Assembly: GCA_964016885.1 (NCBI GenBank)
Contig: OZ024760.1
Location: 1,302,001-1,366,000 of the forward strand
Direction of reading: 5' to 3'
Source: Eledone cirrhosa
Taxonomy: Eukaryota
Length of the DNA stretch: 64,000 bases
Position 1 is the stretch's first letter; the number at the start of each line of letters is the position of its first letter. Positions 1-14,754 of the stretch are shown piece after piece. Under the pieces are notes generated by a model that worked only from the letters and a program-made list of their open reading frames with translations, was not told where the DNA came from and did not search any database. The translations under genes were made by a program, and so were the position numbers.

Positions 1-239
1 AGACAAACCTATTATATACAAGCATATGTAACTTTATAAGTGGTCTATAACTACTTAATATTAACAACAATAACACTGATTTATCTTAAGATGTTTTAAT
101 CAATTCTAAATTAATTACAAGTTAAGAAATCTTGTTTGGAGCTGTAATCATTAATATTATTAGGTTTAGTATTAGCTTGTTTGTTAATTAGTAAGCTATG
201 TTTAATTGAACACCAGGAAATAGTTTTTTTTAAAATTGG

Positions 240-545
240 TACTGTTGTAGATGAGTGACTTATTGGTTGTGGTAGTGTAGGTGAGTAGTTGTGGTGGTTG
301 TAGGTGATTGGTTGTGGCAGTGGTGGTGTGGGTGAGTGGCTGTATGGTGGGGGTTTTGGTGTAGCTGAGTGGCTTGGTGATCGTGGTGTAGGTGAGTGTC
401 TTATTGGTGGTGGTGTAGGTGAGTGACTGGTGGTGGTGTCTGAGTGGCTTAGTAGTGGTGGTGGTGGTTTTGGTGAGTGTCGTGGTGGTAGTAGTAGCCT
501 TGTTGGATGTTGTGCTGGTGTTGTACTGATGTTTGTGGTATTTCT
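240..545. repeat. Degenerate GT-rich minisatellite
   Basis: Recurrent GGTGTAGGTGAGTG-like core about every 33-36 bp; explains the Pro/Thr/His ORF 111-554. Confidence 0.7.
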
Positions 546-554
546 GGTGGACAT

Positions 555-690
555 GAGAAACCTGTTAAGTTTATGAGAAAGTTAGGTATATTGCTAAATC
601 CCTCTAAATTCTTTCATGTTTCACAAATTATTTGAAAATCATTGGTAGAGTCTTTCGTTAGAAATATGGTTATAAAAGGGTTAATGACAT
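555..690 (+). mobile_element. End of a dispersed element with piggyBac-like terminus (...AAAGGG-TTAA)
   Basis: Aligns by eye with 37400-37497 (gttaggtatattgctaaatccctctaaa...gttagaaatatggt vs gttagttatattaataaatccgtctaga...gttagaaatatagt); ends in AAAGGG+TTAA like the MITEs at 13471 and 53511. Confidence 0.55.
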
Positions 691-3600
691 AGACAGTGTC
701 TTTCGTAAGAAATATGGTAATGAAAAGGTTAATGACATAGACAGTGTCTTTCGTTAGCAATATAGTAATGAAAGGGTTAATGACATAGGTAGTGTCTTTC
801 GTTAAAAATATAGTAATGAAAGGGTTAATGACATAGGTAGTGTCTTTCGATAGTAATATGGTAATGAAAGGGTTAATGACATAGGTAGTGTCTTTCATTA
901 GAAATATGGTAATGAAAGGGTTAATGAGTCTTTCATTAGTAATATGGTAATGAAAGGGTTAATGACATAGGTAGTGTCTTTCATTAGAAATATGGTAATG
1001 AAAGGGTTAATGACATAGACAGTGTCTTTCGTTAGAAATATGGTAATGAAAGGGTTAATGAGTCTTTCATTAGTAATATGGTAATGAAAGGGTTAATGAC
1101 ATAGGTAGTGTCTTTCATTAGAAATATGGTAATGAAAGGGTTAATGACATAGGGAGTGTCTTTCATTAGAAATATGGTAATGAAAGGGTTAATGACATAG
1201 GTAGTGTCTTTCATTAGAAATATGGTAATGAAAGGGTTAATGACATAGACAGTGTCTTTCATTAGAAATATGGTAATGAAAGGGTTAATGACATAGGTAG
1301 TGTCTTTCATTAGAAATATGGTAATGAAAGGGTTAATGACATAGGTAGTGTCTTTCATTAGAAATATGGTAATGAAAGGGTTAATGACATAGGTAGTGTC
1401 TTTCATTAGAAATATGGTAATGAAAGGGTTAATGACACAGACAATGTCTTTTATTAGAAATATGGTAATGGAAGGGTTAATGAGTCTTTCGATAGTAATA
1501 TGGTAATGAAAGGGTTAATGACATAGACAGTGTCTTTCATTAGAAATATGGTAATGGAAGGGTTAATGAGTCTTTCGATAGTAATATGGTAATGAAAGGG
1601 TTAATGACATAGACAGTGTCTTTCATTAGAAATATGGTAATGGAAGGGTTAATGAGTCTTTCGATAGTAATATGGTAATGAAAGGGTTAATGACATAGAC
1701 AGTGTCTTTCATTAGAAATATGGTAATAAAAGGGTTAATGACATAGGGAGTGTCTTTCATTAGAAATATGGTAATAAAAGGGTTAATGACATAGCGTCTT
1801 TCATTAGAAATATGGTAATAAAAGGGTTAATGACATAGGGAGTGTCTTTCATTAGAAATATGGTAATAAAAGGGTTAATGACATAGACTGTGTCTTTCAT
1901 TAGAAATATGGTAATAAAAGGGTTAATGACACAGGCAGTGTCTTTCATTAGAAATATGGTAATGAAAGGGTTAATGACATAGACAGTGTCTTTCATTAGA
2001 AATATGGTAATGAAAGGGTTAATGACATAGACAGCGTCTTTCATTAGAAATATGGTAATAAAAGGGTTAATGACATAGGGAGTGTCTTTCATTAGAAATA
2101 TGGTAATAAAAGGGTTAATGACATAGACTGTGTCTTTCATTAGAAATATGGTAATAAAAGGGTTAATGACACAGGCAGTGTCTTTCATTAGAAATATGGT
2201 AATAAAAGGGTTAATGACATAGACAGTGTCTTTCATTAGAAATATGGTAATGAAAGGGTTAATGACACAGGCAGTGTCTTTCATTAGAAATATGGTAATA
2301 AAAGGGTTAATGACATAGGGAGTGTCTTTCATTAGAAATATGGTAATAAAAGGGTTAATGACATAGACTGTGTCTTTCATTAGAAATATGGTAATAAAAG
2401 GGTTAATGACATAGGGAGTGTCTTTCATTAGAAATATGGTAATAAAAGGGTTAATGACATAGACTGTGTCTTTCATTAGAAATATGGTAATAAAAGGGTT
2501 AATGACACAGGCAGTGTCTTTCATTAGAAATATGGTAATAAAAGGGTTAATGACATAGACAGTGTCTTTCATTAGAAATATGGTAATGAAAGGGTTAATG
2601 ACACAGGCAGTGTCTTTCATTAGAAATATGGTAATAAAAGGGTTAATGACATAGACAGTGTCTTTCATTAGAAATATGGTAATAAAAGGGTTAATGACAT
2701 AGACAGTGTCTTTCAGTAGAAATATGGTAATAAAAGGGTTAATGACATAGGGAGTGTCTTTCATTAGAAATATGGTAATGAAAGGGTTAATGACATAGAC
2801 AGTGTCTTTCATTAGAAATATGGTAATGAAAGGGTTAATGACATAGACAGTGTCTTTCATTAGAAATATGGTAATGAAAGGGTTAATGACATAGACAGTG
2901 TCTTTCATTAGAAATATGGTAATGAAAGGGTTAATGACATAGACAGTGTCTTTCATTAGAAATATGGTAATAAAAGGGTTAATGACATAGACAGTGTCTT
3001 TCATTAGAAATATGGTAATAAAAGGGTTAATGACATAGACAGTGTCTTTCATTAGAAATATGGTAATGAAAGGGTTAATGACATAGACAGTGTCTTTCAT
3101 TAGAAATATGGTAATGAAAGGGTTAATGTCATAGACAGTGTCTTTCATTAGAAATATGGAAATGAAAGGGTTAATGACATAGACAGTGTCTTTCATTAGA
3201 AATAAGGTAATGAAAGGGTTAAAGACATAGACAGTGTCTTTCTTAGAAATATGGTAATGAAAGGGTTAATGACATAGGTAGTGTCTTTCATTAGAAATAT
3301 GGTAATGAAAGGGTTAATGACATAGACAGTGTCTTTCGTTAGAAATATAGTAATGAAAGGGTTAATGACATAGGTAGTGTATTTCGTTAAAAATATAGTA
3401 ATGAAAGGGTTAATGACATAGGTAGTGTCTTTCGATAGTAATATGGTAATGAAAGGGTTAATGACATAGGTAGTGTCTTTCATTAGAAATATGGTAATGA
3501 AAGGGTTAATGATATAGACAGTGTCTTTCGTTAGAAATATGGTAATGAAAGGGTTAATGACATAGGTAGTGTCTTTCGATAGTAATATGGTAATGAAAGG

Positions 3601-5200
3601 GTTAATGACATAGACAGTGTCTTTCATTAGAAATATGGTAATGAAAGGGTTAATGACATAGGTAATGTCTTTCATTAGAAATATGGTAATGAAAGGGTTA
3701 ATGACATAGGTAGTGTCTTTCATTAGAAATATGGTAATGAAAGGGTTAATGACACAGACAGTGTCTTTCTTTAGAAATATGGTAATGAAAGGGTTAATGA
3801 TATAGACAGTGTCTTTCATTAGAAATATGGTAATGAAAGGGTTAATGACATAGGTAGTGTCTTTCATTAGAAATATGGTAATGAAAGGGTTAATGACATA
3901 GACAGTGTCTTTCATTAGAAATATGGTAATGAAAGGGTTAATGATATAGACAGTGTCTTTCATTAGAAATATGGTAATGAAAGGGTTAATGATATAGACA
4001 GTGTCTTTCATTAGAAATATGGTAATGAAAGGGTTAATGACATAGGTAGTGTCTTTCATTAGAAATATGGTAATGAAAGGGTTAATGACATAGACAGTGT
4101 CTTTCATTAGAAATATGGTAATGAAAGGGTTAATGATATAGACAGTGTCTTTCATTAGAAATATGGTAATGAAAGGGTTAATGATATAGACAGTGTCTTT
4201 CATTAGAAATATGGTAATGAAAGGGTTAATGATATAGACAGTGTCTTTCATTAGAAATATGGTAATGAAAGGGTTAATGACATAGACAGTGTCTTTCATT
4301 AGAAATATGGTAATGAAAGGGTTAATGACATAGACAGTGTCTTTCATTAGAAATATGCTAATGAAAGGGTTAATGACATTGACTGTGTCTTTCATTAGAA
4401 ATATGCTAATGAAAGGGTTAATGACATTGACAGTGTCTTTCATTAGAAATATGGTAATGAAAGGGTTAATGACATTGACTGTGTCTTTCATTAGAAATAT
4501 GGTAATGAAAGGGTTAATGACATAGACAGTGTCTTTCATTAGAAATATGGTAATGAAAGGGTTAATGACATTGACTGTGTCTTTCATTAGAAATATGGTA
4601 ATGAAAGGGTTAATGACACAGACAGTGTGTTTTATTAGAAATATGCTAATGAAAGGGTTAATGACATAGACAGTGTCTTTCATTAGAAATATGCTAATGA
4701 AAGGGTTAATGACATAGACAGTGTCTTTCACTAGAAATATGGTAATGAAAGGGTTAATGACATAGACAGTGTGTTTTATTAGAAATATGGTAATGAAAGG
4801 GTTAATGACATAGGTAGTGTCTTTCATTAGAAATATGGTAATGAAAGGGTTAATGACATTGACTGTGTCTTTCATTAGAAATATGCTAATGAAAGGGTTA
4901 ATGACATTGACTGTGTCTTTCATTAGAAATATGGTAATGAAAGGGTTAATGACATAGACAGTGTCTTTCATTAGAAATATGGTAATGAAAGGGTTAATGA
5001 CATAGACAGTGTGTTTTATTAGAAATATGGTAATGAAAGGGTTAATGACATAGACAGTGTCTTTCTTTAGAAATATGGTAATGAAAGGGTTAATGACATA
5101 GACAGTGTGTTTCATTAGAAATATGGTAATGAAAGGGTTAATGACATAGACAGTGTGTTTCATTAGAAATATGGTAATGAAAGGTTTAATGACATAGGTT
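650..5200. repeat. 48-bp minisatellite, about 95 copies
   Basis: Unit TCTTTCATTAGAAATATGGTAATGAAAGGGTTAATGACATAGACAGTG with occasional shorter units; produces the MKDTVYVINPFITIFL ORFs. Confidence 0.97.
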
Positions 5201-5269
5201 GTTCTCACATTTGTGTTGATGTTATTAAAGGTAACTTTGCTTTCATCCTTACGGGGTCAATAAGGATGT

Positions 5270-7748
5270 GGTAGTAGTTGTTGTTGTTCCTGGTGTTGTT
5301 CTTACACTAGCAGTTGTTGTTGTTATTCCTGGTGCTGTTCTTACATTAGCAGTTGTTGTTGTTATTCCTGGTGCTGTTCTTTCATTAGCAGTTGTTGTTG
5401 TTATTCCTGGTGCTGTTCTTACATTAGCAGTTGTTGTTGTTATTCCTGGTGCTGTTCTTACACTAGCAGTTGTTGTTGTTATTCCTGGTGCTGTTCTTAC
5501 ACTAGCAGTTGTTGTTGTTATTCCTGGTGCTGTTCTTACACTAGCAGTTGTTGTTGTTATTCCTGGTGCTGTTCTTACACTAACAGTTGTTGTTGTTATT
5601 CCTGGTGCTGTTCTTACACTAACTGTTGTTATTCCTGGTGCTGTTCTTACACTAGCAGTTGTTGTTGTTATTCCTGGTGCTGTTCTTACACTAACAGTTG
5701 TTGTTGTTGTTATTCCTGGTGCTGTTCTTACACTAGCAGTTGTTGTTGTTATTCCTGGTGCTGTTCTTACACTAACAGTTGTTGTTGTTGTTATTCCTGG
5801 TGCTGTTCTTACACTAACAGTTGTTGTTGTTATTCCTGGTGCTGTTCTTACACTAGCAGTTGTTGTTGTTATTCCTGGTGCTGTTCTTATACTAACAGTT
5901 GTTGTTGTTGTTATTCCTGGTGCTGTTCTTACATTAACAGTTGTTGTTGTTATTCCTGGTGCTGTTCTTACACTAGCAGTTGTTGTTGTTATTCCTGGTG
6001 CTGTTCTTACACTAGCAGTTGTTGTTGTTGTTATTCCTGGTGCTGTTCTTACACTAGCAGTTGTTGTTGTTGTTATTCCTGGTGCTGTTCTTACACTAGC
6101 AGTTGTTGTTGTTGTTATTCCTGGTGCTGTTCTTACACTAGCAGTTGTTGTTGTTGTTATTCCTGGTGCTGTTCTTACACTAGCAGTTGTTGTTGTTGTT
6201 ATTCCTGGTGCTGTTCTTACACTAGCAGTTGTTGTTGTTGTTATTCCTGGTGCTGTTCTTACACTAGCAGTTGTTGTTGTTGTTATTCCTGGTGCTGTTC
6301 TTACACTAGCAGTTGTTGTTGTTATTCCTGGTGCTGTTCTTACACTAGCAGTTGTTGTTGTTATTCCTGGTGCTGTTCTTACACTAGCAGTTGTTGTTGT
6401 TGTTCCTGGTGCTGTTCTTACACTAACAGTTGTTGTTGTTATTCCTGGTGCTGTTCTTACACTAGCAGTTGTTGTTGTTATTCCTGGTGCTGTTCTTACA
6501 CTAGCAGTTGTTGTTGTTGTTATTCCTGGTGCTGTTCTTACACTAGCAGTTGTTGTTGTTGTTATTCCTGGTGCTGTTCTTACACTAGCAGTTGTTGTTG
6601 TTGTTATTCCTGGTGCTGTTCTTACACTAGCAGTTGTTGTTGTTGTTATTCCTGGTGCTGTTCTTACACTAGCAGTTGTTGTTGTTGTTATTCCTGGTGC
6701 TGTTCTTACACTAGCAGTTGTTGTTGTTGTTATTCCTGGTGCTGTTCTTACACTAGCAGTTGTTGTTGTTGTTATTCCTGGTGCTGTTCTTACACTAGCA
6801 GTTGTTGTTGTTGTTATTCCTGGTGCTGTTCTTACACTAGCAGTTGTTGTTGTTGTTATTCCTGGTGCTGTTCTTACACTAGCAGTTGTTGTTGTTGTTA
6901 TTCCTGGTGCTGTTCTTACACTAGCAGTTGTTGTTGTTGTTATTCCTGGTGCTGTTCTTACACTAGCAGTTGTTGTTGTTGTTATTCCTGGTGCTGTTCT
7001 TACACTAGCAGTTGTTGTTGTTGTTATTCCTGGTGCTGTTCTTACACTAGCAGTTGTTGTTGTTGTTATTCCTGGTGCTGTTCTTACACTAGCAGTTGTT
7101 GTTGTTGTTATTCCTGGTGCTGTTCTTACACTAGCAGTTGTTGTTGTTGTTATTCCTGGTGCTGTTCTTACACTAGCAGTTGTTGTTGTTATTCCTGGTG
7201 CTGTTCTTACACTAGCAGTTGTTGTTGTTGTTATTCCTGGTGCTGTTCTTACACTAGCAGTTGTTGTTGTTGTTATTCCTGGTGCTGTTCTTACACTAGC
7301 AGTTGTTGTTGTTGTTATTCCTGGTGCTGTTCTTACACTAGCAGTTGTTGTTGTTGTTATTCCTGGTGCTGTTCTTACACTAGCAGTTGTTGTTGTTGTT
7401 ATTCCTGGTGCTGTTCTTACACTAGCAGTTGTTGTTGTTGTTATTCCTGGTGCTGTTCTTACACTAGCAGTTGTTGTTGTTGTTATTCCTGGTGCTGTTC
7501 TTACACTAGCAGTTGTTGTTATTCCTGGTGCTGTTCTTACACTAGCAGTTGTTGTTGTTATTCCTGGTGCTGTTCTTACACTAGCAGTTGTTGTTATTCC
7601 TGGTGCTGTTCTTACACTAGCAGTTGTTGTTATTCCTGGTGCTGTTCTTACACTAGCAGTTGTTGTTGTTATTCCTGGTGCTGTTCTTACACTAACAGTT
7701 GTTGTTGTTATTCCTGGTGCTGTTCTTACACTAGCAGTTGTTGTTGTA
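5270..7748. repeat. 36-42-bp minisatellite with variable (GTT)n
   Basis: Unit (GTT)3-5 ATTCCTGGTGCTGTTCTTACACTAGCA, about 60 near-identical copies. Confidence 0.97.
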
Positions 7749-7899
7749 TCTAATTAAATCCGATGAAAAAAGTCTTTATTCAAGATAAATACACAACAAA
7801 ACGATTTATTCAGTACACTGGGGTGACCCTGAAATATGTCTGACTGTGGGGGTCGTGGAGGGCTCAGCGGCGGAGATAACGTCTCTGCGTGTGTAGATG

Positions 7900-8561
<662 letters not shown>

Positions 8562-8946
8562 TTTTTTCTAAATGACTATTTCTCATTTTTAAATTGTAAT
8601 AATAATAATAATAATATTAATATCTTGCATAGTAGTAATAACAATTTTATATTATATAATAACAATTACAACAATGTCAACATTAATGTTGTCACCAATT
8701 TACAATAGAGGGGGGGGGCTGGGCGATAGGTTGGAGGGATGGTGTACAGTTATTTGAATAGCCAGTCAGTCCTGGTGGTGTGGGGGAAGAGGAAGGGTGT
8801 GAGGAAAATTAGATTGAACAATCTCTTCTTCACTAGGAATTTGAAAATAGAATATAGGGTTGTTGACGAAACTAAGCTAAAACTATCTTATGTTATATTG
8901 TGTAGCTGTTGCAGCTGTCGTGTAAAACGTCGGCCATGGTAGAATC

Positions 8947-9039
<93 letters not shown>

Positions 9040-9094
9040 GACGATACAAACAAAGGACACAGAACTCCATGGTCAGCGGCCGTTGATTTGACCC

Positions 9095-9152
9095 CTACAA
9101 ACGGTACTGCTGGTCCATCTGGGGGTCATAGCGTCTGACGTAAGCCAAAACG
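9095..9152 (-). CDS. Candidate terminal coding exon of an unidentified gene (VLAYVRRYDPQMDQQYRL*)
   Basis: Minus-strand polypyrimidine tract and AG (tttcgtctctcgtttcttactccactggacag), 18 codons then TAG in non-repetitive sequence; minus-strand AATAAA motifs near 7795-7810. No upstream exons confirmed. Confidence 0.4.
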
Positions 9153-9193
9153 CTGTCCAGTGGAGTAAGAAACGAGAGACGAAACGTGTGAAT

Positions 9194-9378
9194 TGGCAGT
9201 ATCGGTAGAGGGTCGGACGCCATGCTTTGCAGCAAAGAGTTACGTCCCTTTACGGTCTGAGTTCAAATCCCGCCGAGGTTAACTTTGCCTTTCATCCTCA
9301 TGGAGGTTCGATAAAAATAAAGTACCAGTAATGTACTGGATAATTTGCTGGCCTTGTGCCAGAAGTAGAAACAATTAA
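9194..9378 (+). mobile_element. tRNA-derived SINE family 1, full length (about 185 bp)
   Basis: A box TGGCAGTATCGG, B box GAGTTCAAATCC, body ttgcctttcatcc...gataaaa..aagtaccag, tail gtagaaacaatt; more than 25 copies or fragments in the window. Confidence 0.92.
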
Positions 9379-9514
9379 TTTATAGCAATTAAGCTGCAAG
9401 TCCACATAGAATCTTATGTGGCGTCTGGGAAAAGGTGTGGTGCCTCTTATAGCACGAGAGACATGAATGAAACTGAAAAAAAAGCAAGAAGAAAGTAAGA
9501 CATTGTATTAAGAA

Positions 9515-9545
<31 letters not shown>

Positions 9546-9592
9546 CACACACTCACATGCGTACATATATGTGCACATACATATATATATTT

Positions 9593-9627
<35 letters not shown>

Positions 9628-9679
9628 CACACACTCACATACGTACATATATGTGCACATACATATATATATTTACACA

Positions 9680-9717
<38 letters not shown>

Positions 9718-9779
9718 CACACACTCACATACGTACATATATGTGCACATACATATATATATTTACACACATACATCTA

Positions 9780-9929
9780 ATTATCCCAGTGCATTACTGG
9801 TACTTTATTTTATCGACCCCGTAATCATGAAAGGCAAAGTCAACCTCGGCGGAATTTGAACTCAGAATGGCAAGGGCCGTAACTCTATGCTGCAAAGCAT
9901 GTCGTCCGACCCTCTACCGCTACTGCCAC
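9780..9929 (-). mobile_element. SINE family 1, partial
   Basis: Reverse complement of the 9194 consensus. Confidence 0.9.
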
Positions 9930-10051
9930 TCCACACACATATATGTATATTTACACACACACATACATATAATGAGGGGGAGATATTGGGGAATGAATCT
10001 TAATATCCTGTTGTATTCCAAGTGTGAAATAGGAACTGAAAGAAAATGAAC

Positions 10052-10054
<3 letters not shown>

Positions 10055-10088
<34 letters not shown>

Positions 10089-10119
10089 GTGTGTATATAA
10101 TATATATATATATATATAT

Positions 10120-10150
<31 letters not shown>

Positions 10151-10420
10151 TGTGTGTGTATATAATATATATATATATATATATTGTGTGTATATATATA
10201 TTGTGTGTGTATATATATATATTGTGTGTATATAATATATATATATATATATATATATTGTGTATGTGTATAATATATATATATATATATATTGTGTATG
10301 TGTATAATATATATATATATATATATTGTGTATGTGTATAATATATATATATATATATTGTGTATGTGTATAATATATATATATTGTGTATGTGTATAAT
10401 ATATATATATTGTGTGTGTG

Positions 10421-10459
<39 letters not shown>

Positions 10460-10466
10460 GTGTATA

Positions 10467-10502
<36 letters not shown>

Positions 10503-10548
10503 GTGTATATAATTATATATATATATATATATTGTGTGTGTGTGTATA

Positions 10549-10580
<32 letters not shown>

Positions 10581-10611
10581 ATAATATATATATATATATA
10601 TGTGTGTGTAT

Positions 10612-10646
<35 letters not shown>

Positions 10647-10681
10647 ATAATATATATATATATATATATATGTGTGTGTAT

Positions 10682-10714
<33 letters not shown>

Positions 10715-10716
10715 AT

Positions 10717-10749
<33 letters not shown>

Positions 10750-11495
10750 ATGTGTATAATATATATATATATATTATGTGTGCGTGTGTGTATAATATAT
10801 ATATATATATATTATGTGTGTGTGTATAATATATATATATATATATATATTTGGAATGAGTGTATAATTTCAATAGCTGGGTTCTTTGATTTCCTCGTTC
10901 CATAAATACATTTATACATTGACATCATCATCATCATCATCATCACCATTATTATACTTATCATCATCAGCAGCAGCTGTAGTATTGCCTGTCTATCATA
11001 ACCACCATAATTATTATCACCGCCACCACCATCATCAATACGTCCTCATTACCACCACCACCAACATCATCATCACCACACCATCATCATCATCATCATC
11101 ATCATCACTACCACCAACATGACCACCACCACCACCACCAACATCATCATCACCACCACCACCATCATCATCATCACACCATCATCATCATCACCACCAA
11201 CAACATGACCACCACCACCATCACCACCACCACCACCACCACCATCATCATCACCACCAACAACATGACCACCACCAACATCATCACCACCAACAATTCC
11301 CTGCTTCTCCTACCCATCCACTCTCTCTCTCCCCCTCTCCTCCTCCCCCTCTCTTTTTCTTTTCCCCTATCTCTCCCCTCCCTCTATCTCTCCACTCCCC
11401 CCCCCCTCTATTTCAGAGGTACTGAGTTAACTTCAACAGTACGTCCTCATCAGATAAAATAAGATGATGCATGACATACCCTGACATTGTTTAAC

Positions 11496-11531
<36 letters not shown>

Positions 11532-12580
11532 TTCTGTCTGTCTGTCTATATATCTATTATATTCTTTCCCCTCTTTTTCTCCCTCCTCCTATCAGATTCC
11601 CCCTTCCTCTCTCCCTCTCTGTCTTTCTTTCTTAACCCTCCCCCTCCCGTCCTCCTTTCTTACTCCTTCACCCCCCGCCTCGCCCCACATTCGATCCTAC
11701 CATTATTTCTATTGATTGATCCCTTCTATTTAAAGATCTATCGACGTGACATGCTCTCACACACACATACATATACACACACACACTCATGAACACACAC
11801 ACACTCACATGAACACACACATACATATACACACACACTCACATGAACACACATACATATACACACACACACTCAGGAACACACATATACACACACACTC
11901 ACATGAACACACACATACATATACACACACACTCACATGAACACACATACATATACACACACACTCACATGAACACACATGCATATACACACACACTCAC
12001 ATGAACACACATACATATACACACACACTCACATGAACACACACATACATATACACACACACTCACATGAACACACACATACATATACACACATACATAT
12101 ACACACACACACTCACATGAACACACACATACATATACACACACACTCACATGAACACATACATATACACACACACTCACATGAACACACACACTCACAT
12201 GAACACACACATACATGAACACACACATACATATACACACACACACTCACATGAACACACACATACATATACACACACACTCACATGAACACACACATAC
12301 ATATACACACACACTCACACATACATATACACACACACTCACATGAACACACATACATATACACACACTCACATGAACATACATATACACACACACACAC
12401 ATACATGCACACACACACACACATATACACACACACTCACACATATTCACACTCACACACATACACACTCACACACCCACACACTCACACACCCACACAC
12501 TCACACACTCACACACCCACACACTCACACACTCACACACTCACACACACACACACACACCCACACACTCACACACACTA
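10055..12580. repeat. Microsatellite field: (TA)n/(TG)n, (CAT/CAC)n, CT-rich tract and CA-rich ~28-bp unit
   Basis: Direct reading; the CACTCACATGAACACACA unit spans 11780-12380. Confidence 0.9.
11410..11461 (-). ncRNA. Truncated hammerhead motif
   Basis: Minus strand tattttat-CTGATGA-ggacgtactg...cagtacctct-GAAA-t; same stem I 5' strand as 27144; stem III and cleavage site missing. Confidence 0.6.
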
Positions 12581-12655
12581 TCACCATCATTTAACGTCCG
12601 TTCTGTCATTCTGATATAGATTGGTCACGTATATATATATATATATATATATATA

Positions 12656-12708
12656 GGAAAAAGTATGACCCCGACGGCAGAGCTCAAGACGTTTCGACGG
12701 CTATTTCT
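12656..12708 (-). mobile_element. Family B half-hammerhead element fragment
   Basis: ggaaaaagtatgaccccgacggcagagctcaag.cgtttcgacggctatttct between (TA)n tracts. Confidence 0.8.
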
Positions 12709-12881
12709 ATATATATATATATATATAAACACGCATATTACACATGTGTGATATATATATATTGTGTGTGTGTGTATATATGTATGTCTATATGTGTGTG
12801 TGTATGTATATATACGTGTGTGTGCATGTATATATTTGTATGTATATAGAATATATATATATATATATATTTGTATTTTTG

Positions 12882-12921
<40 letters not shown>

Positions 12922-13315
12922 CATTTTATGTATATAAAAAAAAAAATATATATATATATATATATGTGTATGTATGTATTGCGTGTGTTGTCACACACAC
13001 ACATATACACACACATACACACACACATACTTGAAGCCAGAAATGTAGACAAGAAAATGTGGAGGGGGGAGGGTAGGGAGAAGAGAGGGGCGAGTTTCTT
13101 TCCAAGTAATTAAATGTTAATCATCGAAAGACTTCAAAGTGATAAAAGATAATATCTAACGAGTGGTTGTGGGTGAGGGTAGAGGGCAGGGTGGTAAGTA
13201 GTGTGTGGAGGGGGGGATAGAGGGTAGGGTGGCTTATTTAGGGGAGGGGTAAGTTGTGGGTGTGTGGAGGGGGGCAGTCAGTTATCTTAGATTTTTTTTG
13301 TTGTTTTTGTTGTTA

Positions 13316-13765
13316 TGGCAGTAACCGGTAGAGCGCCGGGCAAGATTCTTAGCGGCACAGAGTTACGGCACTTTACGTTCTGAGTTCAGATCCCGCCGAG
13401 GGTAGCTTTGCCTTTCATACTTACAGGGGTCGGTAAAATAAAGCACCAGTAATGCACTGTGTCGATTTAACCCTTTAGCATTCACATTACTCTATATTTA
13501 CTATTATATTTTCATGGTAAAGGCTTTACCTCACATAATTATCTCACATAATATCGAATCTATGAGATTTTGCTATTATTTATTTTGAGAACAATATCTT
13601 AACATAAGTATGAGTAGCCAGTTAGGGCCGGTTTGAAGAGAAAAAAGGTGAGAGAGAGAATTCTGGCCGGATACAGCCGATTTAAATGCCAAAGGGTTAA
13701 TCGACTTTCCTCTCTCACCACTCCAATAAATTGCTGGCCTTGTTCCCAAATCAGAAACAATTATT
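13316..13765 (+). mobile_element. SINE family 1 interrupted by piggyBac-like MITE
   Basis: SINE sequence gtcgatTTAA resumes as TTAAtcgact after the insertion. Confidence 0.85.
13471..13696. mobile_element. piggyBac-like MITE
   Basis: TTAA on both sides; TIRs CCCTTTAGCATT / AATGCCAAAGGG; second copy at 53511. Confidence 0.88.
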
Positions 13766-14754
13766 TATCAAAAACATGTTAATTACATTAACTGGCCTTT
13801 TTCTCGTATTTTCTTTTAAATAACAATAATAATAATAACAACAATAATAATAATAATAATATTAATAATGGCAGTGACAGACTGATAGACTAGACTGTAT
13901 GCAATTTATTAATTGTCCTAAACTATCTTGAATAACATTTAGGGCATTCTGCTGAATCCATTGTGTCTCTTCTCCCTGGAATTTGTGATAACTTTTGCTA
14001 ATTATTGTTGTTAGATAATGATGTTTAATTGGACTGGCCTAATTTGTGTATCTTTTAACTGCAGACTTGTGGTCATTTTGTGTGTGTATAGTCACATTAT
14101 GTGTGTGTGTGTATGTGTGGTCACATGTGTGTGTAGTTGTATATGTGTGTGTTTGAGTAGTTATGTGTGTGTATATGCAGTTGTATGTGGTCACATTGTT
14201 TGTGTTTGTGTGGGTGTTTGTGTGGTTATGTGTGTGTATGTATAGTTGTGTGTGTGGTCACATTGTGTGTTTGAGTAGTTATGTGTGTGTATGTGGTCAC
14301 ATTGTTTGTGTTTGTGTGGTTATGTGTGTGTATGTATAGTTGTGTGTGTGGTCACATTGTGTGTTTGAGTAGTTATGTGTGTGTATGTGGTCACATTGTG
14401 TTTGTGTGGTCATGTGTGTGTGTGTGTATGTATAGTTGTGTGTGTGGTCACAGTGTGTTTGTATAGATGCATGTGTGGTAACTTTGTGTGTGTGTTGGAC
14501 CTCCGTCGCTGCCGACGATTGCATATCGAGACCCCCAATCCATCGTGTTTATTTATAGTGATGTAATTTCCAGTAATATACTTTTTTGTGGTATATAATG
14601 TTTTTTTAATGTATAAAGAAAATTGTAAATAAAATTTCGCTGGAGATAGATTAGTAAAATTTAATAAGCGGGGTCTGAAAAATTAATTAGCGGGAGTAGT
14701 GGAGGAAACGATTATTCGAGACACGAGAGTACACAATATATATATATATATCAT

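Noticed and set aside
614-5208. Long MKDTVYVINPFITIFL ORFs
   Set aside because: Translation of a 48-bp tandem unit, broken by frameshifting shorter units.
5268-7757. 829-aa poly-Val ORF
   Set aside because: (GTT)n minisatellite with implausible composition and no true ATG.
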